Assembly (NCBI RefSeq): GCF_009914755.1
Contig: NC_060926.1
Direction: 5' to 3' (one strand)
DNA: 64,000 bases
Origin: the human T2T-CHM13v2.0 reference genome, Homo sapiens
Shown: piece by piece, positions 35,161 to 51,065 of the stretch
Numbering within the stretch: position 1 is the first letter of the stretch
Layout: every line of letters starts with the position of its first letter
Translations under genes and position numbers: made by a program
Notes under the pieces: model-generated
Databases searched by the model: none
The model's input: the letters and a program-made list of their open reading frames with translations, nothing else
What the model was told of the DNA's origin: nothing

Positions 35161-35752
35161 CAATTATGTACTGTATAACAATGTTTTGGTGAATGACAGG
35201 CCACATATGCAACAGTATTTTTATTGTGCCTTTTCTCTCTCTCTTTTTTTTTTTTTTTGAGATGGAGTCTCTCTCTCTGTTCCCCAGGCTGGAGTGCAGT
35301 GGGGTGATCTCGGCTCACTGCAACCTCTGCCTCCTGGCTCCTGGGTTCAAGCGATTCTTTTGTCTCAGCCTCCTGAGTATCTGGGACTACAGGAGTGCAC
35401 CACCACATCCAGCTAATTTTTGTATTTTTAGAAAAGATGAGGTTTCCTGATTTTGGCCAGGCTGGTCTCAAACTCCCAACCTCAAGTGCTGGGATTACAG
35501 GCATGAGCCACTGCGCCCAGCCTTACTGTGCCTTTTCTATGTTTAGATACACAAATACTTACCATTGTGTTACATTGCCTAGAGTGTTCAGTACAGTATC
35601 GTGCTGTATAGGTTTGTAGCCCAGGAGCAACAGGCTACACCACAAAGCCTATAGGCTTGTTTAAGTGCGTTCTATGATGTCCACACAATGACTTAATTGC
35701 CTAACAATGCGTGTTTCAGAATGTATCCTCATTGTTAAACAATGCATGACTG
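35161..35752 (-). mobile_element. Tigger3a/MER7A, interrupted by an Alu
   Basis: Reverse-complement similarity to the Tigger3 at 5019; ends GCATGACTG. Confidence 0.8.
35244..35522 (-). mobile_element. AluS with short internal deletion
   Basis: TSD TTA(T/C)TGTGCCTTTTCT 35221-35236 and 35523-35538. Confidence 0.9.
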
Positions 35753-36896
35753 CATATGAAGAGATTTATTATACGGTATTGGTTCACGTGAGTATGGAGG
35801 CTGAGAAGTCCCACAATCTGCTGTCTGCAAGCTGGAGACTCAGGAAAGCTGGTGGTTAATTCAGAGGCCAAAGAGTTGGAGGGTCAATGGTGTAGATTGA
35901 GTCTGAAGGCCTGAAAAGCAGGAGCACTGGGGGAAGATGGCAAGCATCAGACAGAGAGATGGCAAATCCTCCTTCCTGCTCCATTTTTATTCTGTTTGGG
36001 TCTTCAATAGATTGGGCAATGCCTACCTGTATTGCTGATGGCAATCTGCTTTACTGAGCCCACTAATCCAAATGATAATCTCTTCCAGAAACACCCACAC
36101 AGACAAATACAGAAATAATGTTTAACCAGCTATCTGGGCAACCAGTGACCTAGTCAAGTTGAAACATAAAATTAACTACCACAAGTGTCATGGTAGCTTT
36201 TTTCCCTCTAAGTAGCTAAAATAAAGGTTAGACAATGCCCATTGTACCCTATTACAGAATGAAGGAATGAAGCCTACACTCTTTGGCATTCTGAAAACAG
36301 AGTTGCCAGCCAGGTGTGTCCCTGCATCAGCACTGGGAGCTGTTTTTCATTCCCCAGGTCCAACCCTGTCATAAAAGCGCAAGCTGAGCAATTAACAATT
36401 TGCAGATGATATTTAAGCAGTGCCTCAGAGGGAAAAGAAAAAAACAACATGCCCTTTCTTTTCTGTTTTTAGTAACATTCTTGGTAACATATTTATGCAT
36501 TTTGTACAGAGGACATAAGTAAATATTGTGGAAAAACACATTTTATACCTTCCAAGGCCTTAATAATCATGGCAGTTATCAAAGGCCCAAGAAGGCCTCA
36601 GCACTAAATCACGTGGCTTCAGAAATGCATGAATAAATCTGTAGTCAAGCCTTTGCAGAGGAAATGTGAACTACAAATCAACTGGCCTCAGACAATTCAT
36701 TTATTTAATTTGTCCTTTGGATTTACAAAGAGATCCAATTAATTTAGAGATGCTTCCATTGGCACTTGCTGCTCTGGAGGGCCCCTCGCTGAGAATATTG
36801 AGTTCCTGGAACCAATGACTCACATCGTTTATTTCTGTGCATTGTGCTCAGCCCCTGGAACCCAGCTTTCCCAATTTTAGAAGGTCAAGGGATTAA

Positions 36897-37207
<311 letters not shown>

Positions 37208-38645
37208 CCTTTCAGCATTTTAAAGGGAACTCATTACCTAAATTGAGATGCTAAAAGGACTTTGCCCCAAGGGAGAACTCTTCAAGCTGACAGCCTGGCT
37301 TGGAAAACACCCACTGGATCACCAAATACTGACTGAGGCTTAAAGAGAGTTCTAAGAGCCTTTGTTGGGAACACCAAGCCCAGGACCACTCAAGCCAGTG
37401 TGTGTTTGGGCTCAGAACTCTCTGGAATGATTCACCTCACTCTCAGTGCAGCTGAGGTTGTTGACGTCACTCTTAGCTTCCCAGGCTGTTAAAATATCAA
37501 TCATACCAATACACAGGGAGAAAGGAGAAAACAGTTCAGCCTAATGGATTAATGACGTTCTTTTGAATACCTCCTAGAATATGAAGAACTGAAGCTTTCC
37601 TCAAGATAACCTTTAGGAAAACTAACAGCTTCAAAGAGAAGAACCAAGATAAGCAACCCAAGGTTGGTTCCCAGGGAAAGGAGAGACGATTCAAGATGTG
37701 GACGTCTCAGAGCGCCATGTCAGCACATTGCTTCCAAGAAACAACAGTAGGTTGACCCAGTAAAGGTGCAGAGAACAAGAGTTCTTGAAGATTATTGGTT
37801 AGACTGAAAATTGAAACGTGACATGATTTTGAGTATTTACTGGAGTATAAGAAAAAAGAACCCATGTGACTTTGATGCTTGGAACTGATTTAGTACCAGT
37901 GAATTATATTTATTTCTCCAATCACACTACTTAGTTCTGCAATGACTAATATTTATATAATTAAAATAATGTAAATATTGTTTCTTCGGTTGCAATTTTT
38001 AGAATCAACTTCTGGCAGAGCACCAAAGACCTAATTAATTTACAAAACAGAATGCAAACATTATAATATGGGTGCTGTGAAAGTAACAGTAGCATTAATA
38101 GCAGTCGGGCAAAGATGGGGAGAAGGGTAGGGTGAGGAAGGAATAGCAAGATCCTCATGTTGCCCAGGGGAGGCTCAAGAGGAACGGTCTCCTGTTAATG
38201 GAAAAAGAAACAGCAAAGTTATAAAGGGAAACAAACCAATGGGAAAAACTATTAATATATGTTGATGAAAGACAAGTCTTAGAGGGTTGCGGAGGAAAGA
38301 GTGTAAGAAAACAGCCTGTTGCAAGGCAAGAGTAATGCCACCTGAAGTGAAATCACCATCAGGATCGATGTTTGACTCCTGAATACCAAGGTGTTCCTGC
38401 AGTCAGGCCAAGAAACAATTCCTGTAGCATAGATAACCCCTTATAAAGATGCTTATCTAACTTTCCCAGTGGTCACACACTTTGTGGGAGGGTCTGAGAC
38501 GTGACCAACTGTACATGTTTTACCAAAAGCAGCTTGCTATATAAAGACTACTTTCTGGAGGGCAAGTATAGGAATCAACCGTCTCTTGGCCACCAGAGAT
38601 ATTGCTTCTGTTTGTTAGTTCCTATTAAATGTTTCTTTCTTTCTT

Positions 38646-39216
<571 letters not shown>

Positions 39217-39369
39217 TAAATGTTTCTTTCTGAGAAACTGGATTTGTTAGTCTCTTTCTTTTACCTCTCAGCTCCTTTGGCCTCTGGGGGTGGGTTTACC
39301 TGCTTATCACAGAAAAAAGAGGTAATGTAAGACAGGAAATTTTATTTTTTTAAAAAAGTGTTTTAATTT

Positions 39370-39641
<272 letters not shown>

Positions 39642-39844
39642 AGGAAATTTTCTCATGTTTCATGGTTGGGTGAGGGAGTCTCAATAGATTAATATATCAA
39701 TAAATAGAGTTATAAGCCTATATTACATAGAATTATGTGTGCATCCACCCAAAGAATGCAAAAAATAGTTAAATGTGGTTATCCTGGAGAGCAGGACTCC
39801 TTCATGGAGAGCAAGACTTTGCTCATTTAATATTATTCTATAGC

Positions 39845-40061
39845 TCAGGAATCAGTTAACTATGGCCCACAGGCTGGCTGCCTCTTTTGTAAATAAAGTT
39901 TTATTGGGACACAGTCACACTCATTTGTATAAATATGTGGATGTATGAGTGTATGGATGACTTTGTGTTGATAATGGGAGAGTTGAGTAGTTGTGACAGA
40001 GAGCACATAGCCTAAAATATTTGTCATTTGGCTTTTTAAGAAAAAATTTGCTGACCTCTGC
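39845..40061. mobile_element. MER58-type hAT MITE
   Basis: TTTTGTAAATAAAGTTTTATTGGGACACAG...AAAATTTGCTGACCTCTG. Confidence 0.8.
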
Positions 40062-40843
40062 TATAGACTATGATTAAAAAAAAAACCCATATGTATGCTT
40101 TATCCTGATTTTAAAAAATTAAAGTGGGGGGAAAGTCTAAGCTGCCCATTTTTCAAAGTCTATTTCCAAACCACTGTAGACTTGAACTGTAGGTTATAAA
40201 ACCTCCACATAACTTCTTTTCATTCCTAAATTGTCTCTAGTCACATGCATTTGATCCTGGAACTGGAATATTCACCATATTGTTCTATTTAATATTTCCA
40301 GCTCTCAATAACAACAACAAAAATGTGGCATACAAAAAACCATGAAAAGCACACTCTGAAGAGATGAAGCAAACATTGGGACCAGACTCACATATGATAC
40401 AGATGTTGGAGCTATCAGACATTAATTATGATTAATATGTTAAAGGATCTAAAGGAAAAGGTAGACAGCATGCAAGACCAGATAGGTAATTTCAGCAGAG
40501 AAATGGAAACCATTATAAAGAATCAAATGGAAATAAATACTAGAAACAAAACACAGTAATGGAGATGAGATGCGCTTTTGATGGGCCCATCAGTATAATT
40601 TGTAGAGCTGGGTAGAGAATAAGTAAACTTAAAGATATTACCCAAAATAAAATGCAAAGAGGAAAAAAGCAAAAAAAATCTCAAGACAGTACAGATAATC
40701 CAAGAACTGTAGGACAATATCAGAAATATCAGACAGTCTAACATAAGCATAATTAGAATTCCAGAAGAAGAAGAAAGATAAAATTAGGCAGAAAACGTAT
40801 CTGAGAAAAATAATGGCTGAGAACTTTTAAAAATTAGTGACAG

Positions 40844-40987
40844 AGCTTTATGCAGTGGCAGTATCATAGCCAATGAGGTTTATCTGAGGTGTGATTATTG
40901 CTAATTGAAAACTTTTCCCAATACTCCACCATGATGACTTGAAATATAGTCAGCATTGGCAATTTTTGACAGTCTGTACAGACACTG
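40844..40987 (+). pseudogene. U4 snRNA processed pseudogene, full length
   Basis: AGCTTT..GCAGTGGCAGTATC..GCTAATTGAAAACTTTTCCCAATA..Sm site AATTTTTG..GACACTG; CpG decay; A-rich tail; ~15-bp TSD 40829-40843 / 41011-41025. Confidence 0.96.
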
Positions 40988-41427
40988 AATTTTATAGTTA
41001 AAAAGAAGAAAAAACTTAGAGACACAGAATCAAAGACCTAAGAATACCAGAGCACACCAGCAGGATAAATACCAAAAACAAAGAAACAAACATACCTACA
41101 CATATCATATGTAAACTGCTGTAAATCAAAGACAAAGAGAAACTCTTGAAGGTGATCAGAGAAAATAAACATGCTATCTATTGAGGAACAAGGATAAGAA
41201 TTACAACAGACTTCTGTCAGAAACCATGCAAGCCAGAACACAATGGATTAACATCTTTAAAGTACTAAATGAAAAAAAAAAAAAAGGCTGGCAATCCAAA
41301 ATTCTATACCTACTTAGAATATCCTTAAAAAGATATGAGAAGTAAAAACCTTCTCAGGCAGACAGAGACTGAGGAAATTCATTGCCAGTAAACCTACTCT
41401 ACCATAAATACTAAAGGTAGATCTTTA

Positions 41428-41839
<412 letters not shown>

Positions 41840-42195
41840 TTATTTATATTTCCTCTAAAAGATAACTGTTAAAAGCAAACATGGTAACAATAGAATATGT
41901 GTTTATAACATATGGAAAAGTGAAATGTATGGCAAACAAGGCACAAGAAATGGGAAGGAAGAATTGGAAATATATTTTTATAAAATGCTTACAATAACGG
42001 TGGAATTGCATAACGTTATTTGAAGGCATACTCAGATTATTTTAAAATGTATATTTTAAATGCTAGAGCAACCACTAAAACTGTTTTTAAAGTATAAATG
42101 AGATAAAATTGAGTCATAGAAATACTTTAATAGAGGGGATATTCAATATTGATATATTAATAGAAGAGACAAAATTGAATCATAAAAAATACTTC

Positions 42196-42392
42196 CAGTT
42201 TGGGCAACATAGGAAGACTCTACCTATGAAAAAAAAAATTAGCCAGCCATGATGGCACAAGCCTGTAGTTTGGGAGACTGAGGTGGGGGGATTGCTTGAG
42301 CCTAGGAGGTCGAGGCTGCAGTGAGCTGTGATTGAGCTACTGCACTCCAGATTGAATGGCAGAGTGAGACGCTCTCAAAATAAAATAAAATA
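42196..42392 (+). mobile_element. Partial AluJ (right arm)
   Basis: GGAGGTCGAGGCTGCAGTGAGC, (TAAAA)n tail. Confidence 0.8.
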
Positions 42393-42618
42393 ATAGAAAA
42401 ATAAACACAGAGAAGGTTGTAAAAGAGAAAAAAATGCAAACAACAAATAGAAAACAGCTAGTAACGTGGTAAATTTAAATCTGACCATATCAATAACCAT
42501 TTAAAATATGAATGGTCTAAACATGCCAATTAAAAGACTATGACTGAATAAAAAAGCGTGCCTCAAGTTTATGCTGTCTACAATAAACCCACTTTAAAGA
42601 TAAGACATACATACATTA

Positions 42619-42801
<183 letters not shown>

Positions 42802-43671
42802 CTATGCAAACACCAGCCAAAAGAAAGCTGGAGTAGCTGTATTAATTTTAAAGTAAACTTAAAACACGGAAGATAATCAGGAATAGAGGCATTATATAGT
42901 AATAAAGGGGTCAATTATCCAAGAAGACCTAACAGTTCTCTACGTGTTTGCACCTAACCACAGAGGCTTCAAAATCCCCAAGAAAAAAACTAATAGATTT
43001 GAAAGGAGAAATAGAGAAATCCACAATTACAGTTTGAGAGTTCAACACTCCTCTTTCAGTAAATGATGGAATAAGTAGGCAAAAAATCAGTAAGGATATA
43101 AATGACCCAAACAACACGATCAACCAATTTGGTCTAATTAACATTTATAGGACTTTTTACCCAACAACAGCATTTCTCAATTGTACATGGAACATTAATT
43201 AGCCAAGAATATTTGCCATATTTTGGGCTACAAAATGCCCATGTAAAGGCAATATTCCATATAACAGGTAGTTGTGGTCTGATATGTAGCTGAGAAGAGC
43301 AGGTTTGGATTGTTTCAAACAAAGTTCCTCTTTTCTTTTGCCTGTCTCCTTCTTTCCATCTCTGCTGCCCTTCTACTCCCACTAAGAAACCCTGCATGGA
43401 AACATTCATGTAACTGATTACCTTCTTTATTAATCCATTCCATAGACATTAGCTAGACACCTGCTGTGTACCAGGTGCACCACCATGCTGACGACTGACT
43501 GGGTGTAAAGTAAAAGACGGCATTGCCAGGGCTGGTGAGTGCCTCACAAATGAAGACTGCAGCCTTCTCCAGACTGAATCAAAGCAATGTACTGAGAAGG
43601 AGGGAGGGGCACAGAGACTGAAGGTATTGGAAACTAGGGAGAGCAAATAGAACTAAAAATGGAAGGTGATT

Positions 43672-43978
43672 CTTTTTCTTTCTTTCTTTCTTTTTTGTTT
43701 TTGGAGACAGTCTCGCCCTGTCACCCAGGCCGGAGTACAGTGGCGCGATCTCAGCTTACTGCAATCTCTACTTCCTAGGTTCAAGCGATTCTCACGCCTC
43801 AGCCTCTGGAGTAGCTGGGATTATAGGCACGCACCACCATGCTGGCTAATTTTTGTATTTTTGGTAGAGATGAGGTTTCACCATGTTGGCCAGGCTGGAC
43901 TGGAACTCCTGACCTCGTGATCCACCTGCCTCAGCCTCCCAAAGTGCTGGGATTACAGGCATGAGCCACCACACCCAG
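43672..43978 (-). mobile_element. AluS
   Basis: TSD TCTTTTTCTT. Confidence 0.9.
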
Positions 43979-44142
43979 ACTCTTTTTCTTAATAAAAAGC
44001 TGTCTGCCACAAGTATCAAAAATAAGCTGGCCTTATTTGTGGCTGACCACAAAGGCTCAGAGTTGGTAGGGCCCAAGAGGTCACCTCTCCTAGCCTAGAC
44101 CCAGAGAGGCAACTGCAATCCCAAATGTAGACCACACTAGAC

Positions 44143-44515
44143 TTGTAGGTTAATCAGGACTGCCATAACACAGTATCCCAGACTGGGCAGCTTAAACAAG
44201 AGAAATTTTTTTTCATAATTCTAGAGACTGAAAGTCAAAAATTAAGGTGTCAGCAGGGTTCATTTTTTCTGAGGCCTTTCCTTGGCTTGTAGACGGCCAC
44301 CTCTGTCTTCATATGGTCTTCCTTCAGCGTGTGTCTGTGTCTTAATCTCCTTTTCTTCTTGGTACACCAGTCATACTGAATTAGGGCGCACACTAGTGAC
44401 TTCATTTTACTTTGATTACCTCTTTAAAGACCCTGTCTCCAAACACAGCCAATTATGAGGCATTAGGTTTAAGACTTCCACATATGAATTTTGAGGGACC
44501 CAATTTAGCCTATAG
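44143..44515 (-). mobile_element. MaLR LTR (MLT1B/C-like)
   Basis: CTGCCATAACACAGTATCCCAGACTGGGCAGCTTAAACAA...CCTCTTTAAAGACCCTGTCTCCAAA. Confidence 0.8.
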
Positions 44516-46634
44516 TGTAGCTCTGAAGCCCAGCCTCCCATGGGAAGAGATCATAGAGAGAAGAGAGCTCTGAAACCCTGCTATGGCCAGTGCAGAGGTA
44601 TCCACTGGATGCACGGAACTCTTGCCTGTAAGGGTGGCAGCTGCTGGGACCCAGGTCCCCTGTAGTCACATTCAGGGTCCCCATTGATCCAAGACATACC
44701 TGTCTCTAGCCAGTGCCAGGAAGGCTGGCTCTGATCTTGGCCACTGTGAGTTTAGTGCCCAGCCCTATATCCTTTGTAAACTCCTCATTTCAGCACCACT
44801 GGTGGACAGTGCTCTGACAGGACAGGGCAATTTGAGGCAGAGGCTCTGGTGGGCTGCCCTACACCCAGCATTATGGCGGGCGTCCAACCACTGCCTCCTG
44901 CTCTGCCTCAGGGGAGCCTGGGCAGCCCGCACTGGCGGAAGCACCTGATCCTTACAGATGAGATGGTAAGTGGGACGGCAGGGGTAAGTGGTGATGGAAA
45001 CAATCCCTCTGCCCCCTCCTTGGGAGAGATGGAGAATCTAAATATAAAGGCTTCTGCTCCTGAAAGATTGAGTTGAAAGATAATGCAATTTTGCATTATC
45101 GTAAGTTTGATGGCAGAATTCTTCTTCCCATGGGAAATCTTTCAGGAGCAACTCGTTCTTACTGGATAGTGAGCTCAATACTGAATTTCAGTTTTTCTGC
45201 AAGTGGAATAGCAGCTGTCAAACTGGGCGTTTGGCAGGGAGGGCCACTCAGGCTATAAGGTCTGCAGGTCTGGAGGCCTCTGGCCTGCCTGCACACTTTC
45301 AGGGTGCTCTCTGGAGAGGCCGGACTCCTGGGGCACACCCTAACCACCAGCCCAGCCGCCGCTGTTTCTAGTCACCTTCTGGACATCACACACACCTCTC
45401 TTTTCTTTCCATGAGAATAAGGATAATTTCCCAACAGAGAAGGCAGGAAGGAAGCTAGACAATGCATAGAAAGCAAATGTCACCCAACACGCATGTGTTC
45501 AGCCTGCATTATTTCTGCTATTTGATCCAAAAACACCTATTCACTACAGATTATTTCCATCGATCAAGGGATAAATATTTCCCTCCACACAGGAGTTCAA
45601 CAGAACCAACTGAAGGGCTCAGGGGTGGGGCTGGGGAAACAGATGTGTACGGGGCCCAGAAGGACCGTCTTCTGACTGGCTGGTTCTGCATGGCTGCCTT
45701 CTGGTAATAAAAAGCTGTCAAAGCATTCTGGACAATGACATTCTACATAAAAGCCTACTTGGAGGACTTTCTGAATGATTACTTCTTGGTAATAAATAGT
45801 AAGAAGAGCACTATATAAAATGCCCCTGCCTCAGATAGTACCTGTTGTAGTTCAAGATGCAGAGTGGCTCCAGGCTGGGGAGGCCGCTTAGTTCAGACTT
45901 CCTCCGAGGGTGAGGATCCGTATAGCATCCTGGAGGGGTGAGGTCCTCTGGCAGCCTGCCCCCTCAGGTGCCAGAGAGCTCACTCCTGACCAGACATCCT
46001 GTCCTGCACTGAACGGCTCTCACAGTTAAAACATGTCTTTCTTTGTCCTCTCAAACATTCATTTATGGTCCTGGTTTCTTCCCTGTGGCATTATACAGAA
46101 TGAGTCCCTTTTCTCTTCCTCTTTCCTTCCAACAGATGCTGTCGGAACCTCTCCTCCCTCCCCTGGGTCTCTCTGAGCTAAGCCTCTCGCTTCTGTGAAG
46201 TCTCACCCACAGGAGACTTTCTCGCCTGCCATCCTGGTTGTCCTCACATGAACCTTCTCTAGAAGTTAAGGATTTGTATTGGGGGTGGGGGTGGTGCATA
46301 TCACTTCCGCCTACATTCCAGGAGCCAGGACTTGATTACAGGCCTAGGCAGTTGTGTGTGTTGGGTGGGAGGGGGCTGAGGCTGGCGATGCGGTTCCCAA
46401 CTGGGCATTTGCTTCCAGAACAACTCCATACCATGCGAGGGGACCACAGGTGTTTGAGGTATGCCTCCAGCTATCTCTGCTGCACAGCCTGAGACAGCCT
46501 GCTGTTCGGGAGGTGTTAAATAACATTTTCTCATACTGTGCTTACGCTTATATTCTTAACCCCAGCTAAAATGTTAACTTTAAAACAACTAAGGAGTTTT
46601 CACTTCAAGATCCAGAAAAATAATATGAAAAACC

Positions 46635-47150
46635 TGTTGCTGTGTAACAAATTATCCCCAATCGTGCTGACTTAATAATACATGCAGTTTCAGTGGGTCA
46701 AGGTTTGGGAGCAGCCCCGCAGGGCAGTCTGATCTGAGGTTTCTCGTGAGGCTGCTGTCAGTGTGTCAGCTGGGTTGCAGGCCTCTGAAGGCTTGACAGG
46801 GGCTGGCAGGGCCCATTCCAAGGCAGTTCATCCACTTGGCTGGTGGGAGGCCTCAGCCACCAGCACCAGCTTGCTGGCCATCGAGCCGTGTGGGCATCTC
46901 CACAGGCTGCCTGAGTGTCCTTGAGATACAGGGACTGACTTCCTTCGGAGTGAATGGTCCAAGAACATGCAAGGCAAATGCAGCTGTGCCTTTCATGGCC
47001 TGGCTTCAGACAGCACATATCTTCCCATCTGCTAACTGTTCTGCAGTTAGAAGTGAGCACTCTGTCTGTCCCACACTCAAGGGAAGGGGAATTAGGCTCC
47101 ACACGTTGAAGAGAGGACTGCCACAGCATTTGTGGACATACTTTGAAATG
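46635..47150 (-). mobile_element. Old MaLR LTR (MLT1F/H-like)
   Basis: TTGCTGTGTAACAAATTATCCCCAA...CTGAAGGCTTGACAGGGGCTGG...CAAGGGAAGGGGAATTAGGCTCCAC. Confidence 0.7.
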
Positions 47151-48747
47151 CCTAAAATATTTCGATTTCAAACCTCCTCTATAGAAATATTTTCCTGTCT
47201 TTTCCCCCAGAATCTAATATAATAATTGCTGTCTTTGAATTTTTTTCTTCCCCAGTTTTCCATTTAACAGTGATGCAAATCTAGTGCCCACCTCACTGGC
47301 TGCATTTTTCTTAAAATGTCAGGGGTACCTCTATTTGCTCCCTGTTTTTTCTTCTTCTCAATGACTCTCTGCCTATGAAATAGACGAGCACCCCCTCTGA
47401 AGTGTGCACAAAGAAGCCTGGGTTCTCCTCAGGTGGGCAGCCTCACCTGAGTCCGAAATCGTGATGGTCTCAGGGACAGGCTTATCCAAACCTGGATGGA
47501 GTATGGAGGAGGACTCTCTTCAGGGCCGTTTGCATTGTCAGTCTTATAAGATGGATTTTTTTTTTGAGAAGCGTGGCAACTCAGGATGGATGGAATCACA
47601 AGAACCACAGATCCTGTTGCTGGTGGTTTTAAGCACTCATCAAAGCATAGCCTTGAATGAGGTGGAGAACATTTTACTCATCACATTCTCCTCAGTGGGA
47701 TGACTCCATTTGTTCTGAAGACATTCTCTGTTAAGCTGCTTGGAGTCGTGTATGAGGGAGAGCCCAAGGCCCGCCTGATGTGCCTAAGACAAACAAGGGA
47801 AATTTGTCCTGCTAGGCAGGTGGAGCTGTGGGACTAGGAAGCTAGGGAGGGCCATGTCCCTCAGGATGCATCCCCTCCTTGTGACCCTAGTCCCAATTAT
47901 TTAATGGGTTTGACCAAGACACAGAATGCAGATATGTATGGAGTTCTTCTGCAGACTGCTGAAGGGGCCAAGTTCTGGGGAAAGAGAGCAAAACTTCCAA
48001 GAATGCACAAGTTCCAAGTACAAAGGAGACAGTAGAAACAGAAGACCCAGGAACCAGGGGGAAAGCTTTGGATTTCTCAAGCATAGAATCTGTTGGCAGC
48101 CAAGTTGATTTTACCTTGCTCTTCAGGGGAAAGGAGACTCCTGGGGTATCAATCATATATATGGGCTGTCAGAGCGCTGTACACCCAAATAACGTCACAC
48201 ACCCTTCTCCCTGAATACCAAAGCTCTGCACTAACACTCAAGCCACGGTAAGGAAAATGGGCCAGTGTCCACATTTAGCCAGGGCAAGCACATGACCATG
48301 TCATCGTTACAGTGGCTCCCCCTTATCAGCTGGATCAAAACGTGGGGCTCCTATTTCCAGGAACAACAAAAGCAGCCTGCAGGTGTGGGTGCTTCATCCT
48401 TGTCTGAATCTCTGGACGGCGAGGTGTGCTTCAGAAAGACCTGCTTCAGCAATTTTCCCTTCCCTCCTACAAGTCTATTCCTATCCATACGTAAACCTCC
48501 TCTTGTATCAAATGAATAGGAAAACTTTCTCTTGCCCCCAGCTACTGCCATTTCTTCTGCTCCTATTCATGTATGAGTAAAATTTCATGGAAGTTGGTTA
48601 TAGCTGATGTAGCTACAGGCTGGCCAGCTTTGACCTAATCTACCTGTGCCTCCACCCCCACTTTTCCACAGAGAGGGCCCTTGTCAAGCCACCTATGGCT
48701 TTTGTGTTCCCAAGCCAATGGCTGCTCTTGTTCTCATCTGGTTGGAT

Positions 48748-48987
48748 CTCTCAGCAGATCGCACTCTCAGCAGATCCCACTCTCAGCAGCAGATCCCACT
48801 CTCAGCAGATGCCACTCTCAGCAGATGCCACTCTCAGCCAATCCCACTCTCAGCAGGTCCCACTCTCAGCAGGTCCCACTCACAGCGGGTCCCACTCTCA
48901 GCAGATCCCACTCTCAGTGGGTCCCAATCTCAGCGGATCCCACTCTCAGCGGATCCCACTCAGCGGATCCCACTCTCAGCAGGTCCC
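48748..48987 (+). repeat. 16-bp minisatellite, ~15 copies (CTCTCAGCAGATCCCA)
   Basis: Units counted directly; variants CAGG/CGGA/CGGG, one +3 and one -2 unit. Confidence 0.95.
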
Positions 48988-49236
48988 TCTTGACACAGCT
49001 GATTCTTCCCTCTTCTTTCCAACACTTTTTCTTGCCTCGCTCTTGCTGTCCCTCTTCCTTCACAGACCCTTTTGACAACTCTAGATCCCTAGTACAGGAG
49101 TGTCCTAGGATCAATCCTCCCACCCTGTTCTCCTTTGTCTAGACCCCTGAATTCCCATTCTATCCAAATGCTGATTACCTACAATTGTATAACTTGATAT
49201 TTCCACTTAGATGTCTAATGGGAATCTCAGATTTAA

Positions 49237-49778
<542 letters not shown>

Positions 49779-50201
49779 TAGACTAGGCTACCATGATCAT
49801 TTTTATAATTAGATCACTTCCAGCAAACCTTTCACTAATCACCCAATCTCACGTAGTCCTTCCACCATGATCAAGACCTTCTGTTTTAGACTCGTCATTG
49901 AACTTATTACTATTTTTACTTGGGGTTTTTTGGTATGTTTTATATTTATTTATTGTCCCCCTCCCCATACCCAAATAAGACAGGTGTGGCACAAGGTTAG
50001 CCTGTTACTTGTTTGTTCATCAGCTGTCCCTAGGCCCTCATAGGATGCAGGCACTAAAGCGTCACCTGAATGAGGTGAAGGAATGAATGAAAATACCACA
50101 TAGTTGAGGCAGGTGCTCACGATTAAAAATTATAAATGCCTCCCCCTCCCTTTTTCCAGTTTGTCTAAGGAATTAAAGGATGAGGTGTCCCTAGGACATA
50201 G

Positions 50202-50871
<670 letters not shown>

Positions 50872-50879
50872 TTACTCGA

Positions 50880-51065
50880 AGGTAGTGTTTAAAAGCATGG
50901 GCCTTGGAGTCACTTTCCAGGTGCATACCTGCTGTGGGATCTTAACCTCAATGTGCCTCAGTTTCCTCACCTGCAAAGTGGACATAAAGTACTTACCCTC
51001 AAAGGACTGTGCAGAGGATTCTAAATTACATATGAAATATAGAGCAGTGGCTGGCTCAGTAATTG
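50880..51065 (+). mobile_element. MIR
   Basis: TGTGCCTCAGTTTCCTCACCTGCAAAGTGG. Confidence 0.8.

Larger units (their letters stand above)
35109..36183 (-). mobile_element. MLT2-type (ERVL) LTR hosting Tigger3a and an Alu
   Basis: TATTAGTCTAGATTCTCAGAGAAACAGAACCA...GGAGGCTGAGAAGTCCCACAATCTGC...CAAGTTGAAACATAAAATTAACTACCACA. Confidence 0.85.

Noticed and set aside
48646-49142. Three overlapping repetitive ORFs; CRISPR-like appearance
   Set aside because: Head-to-tail 16-bp minisatellite without unique spacers, in a eukaryotic context
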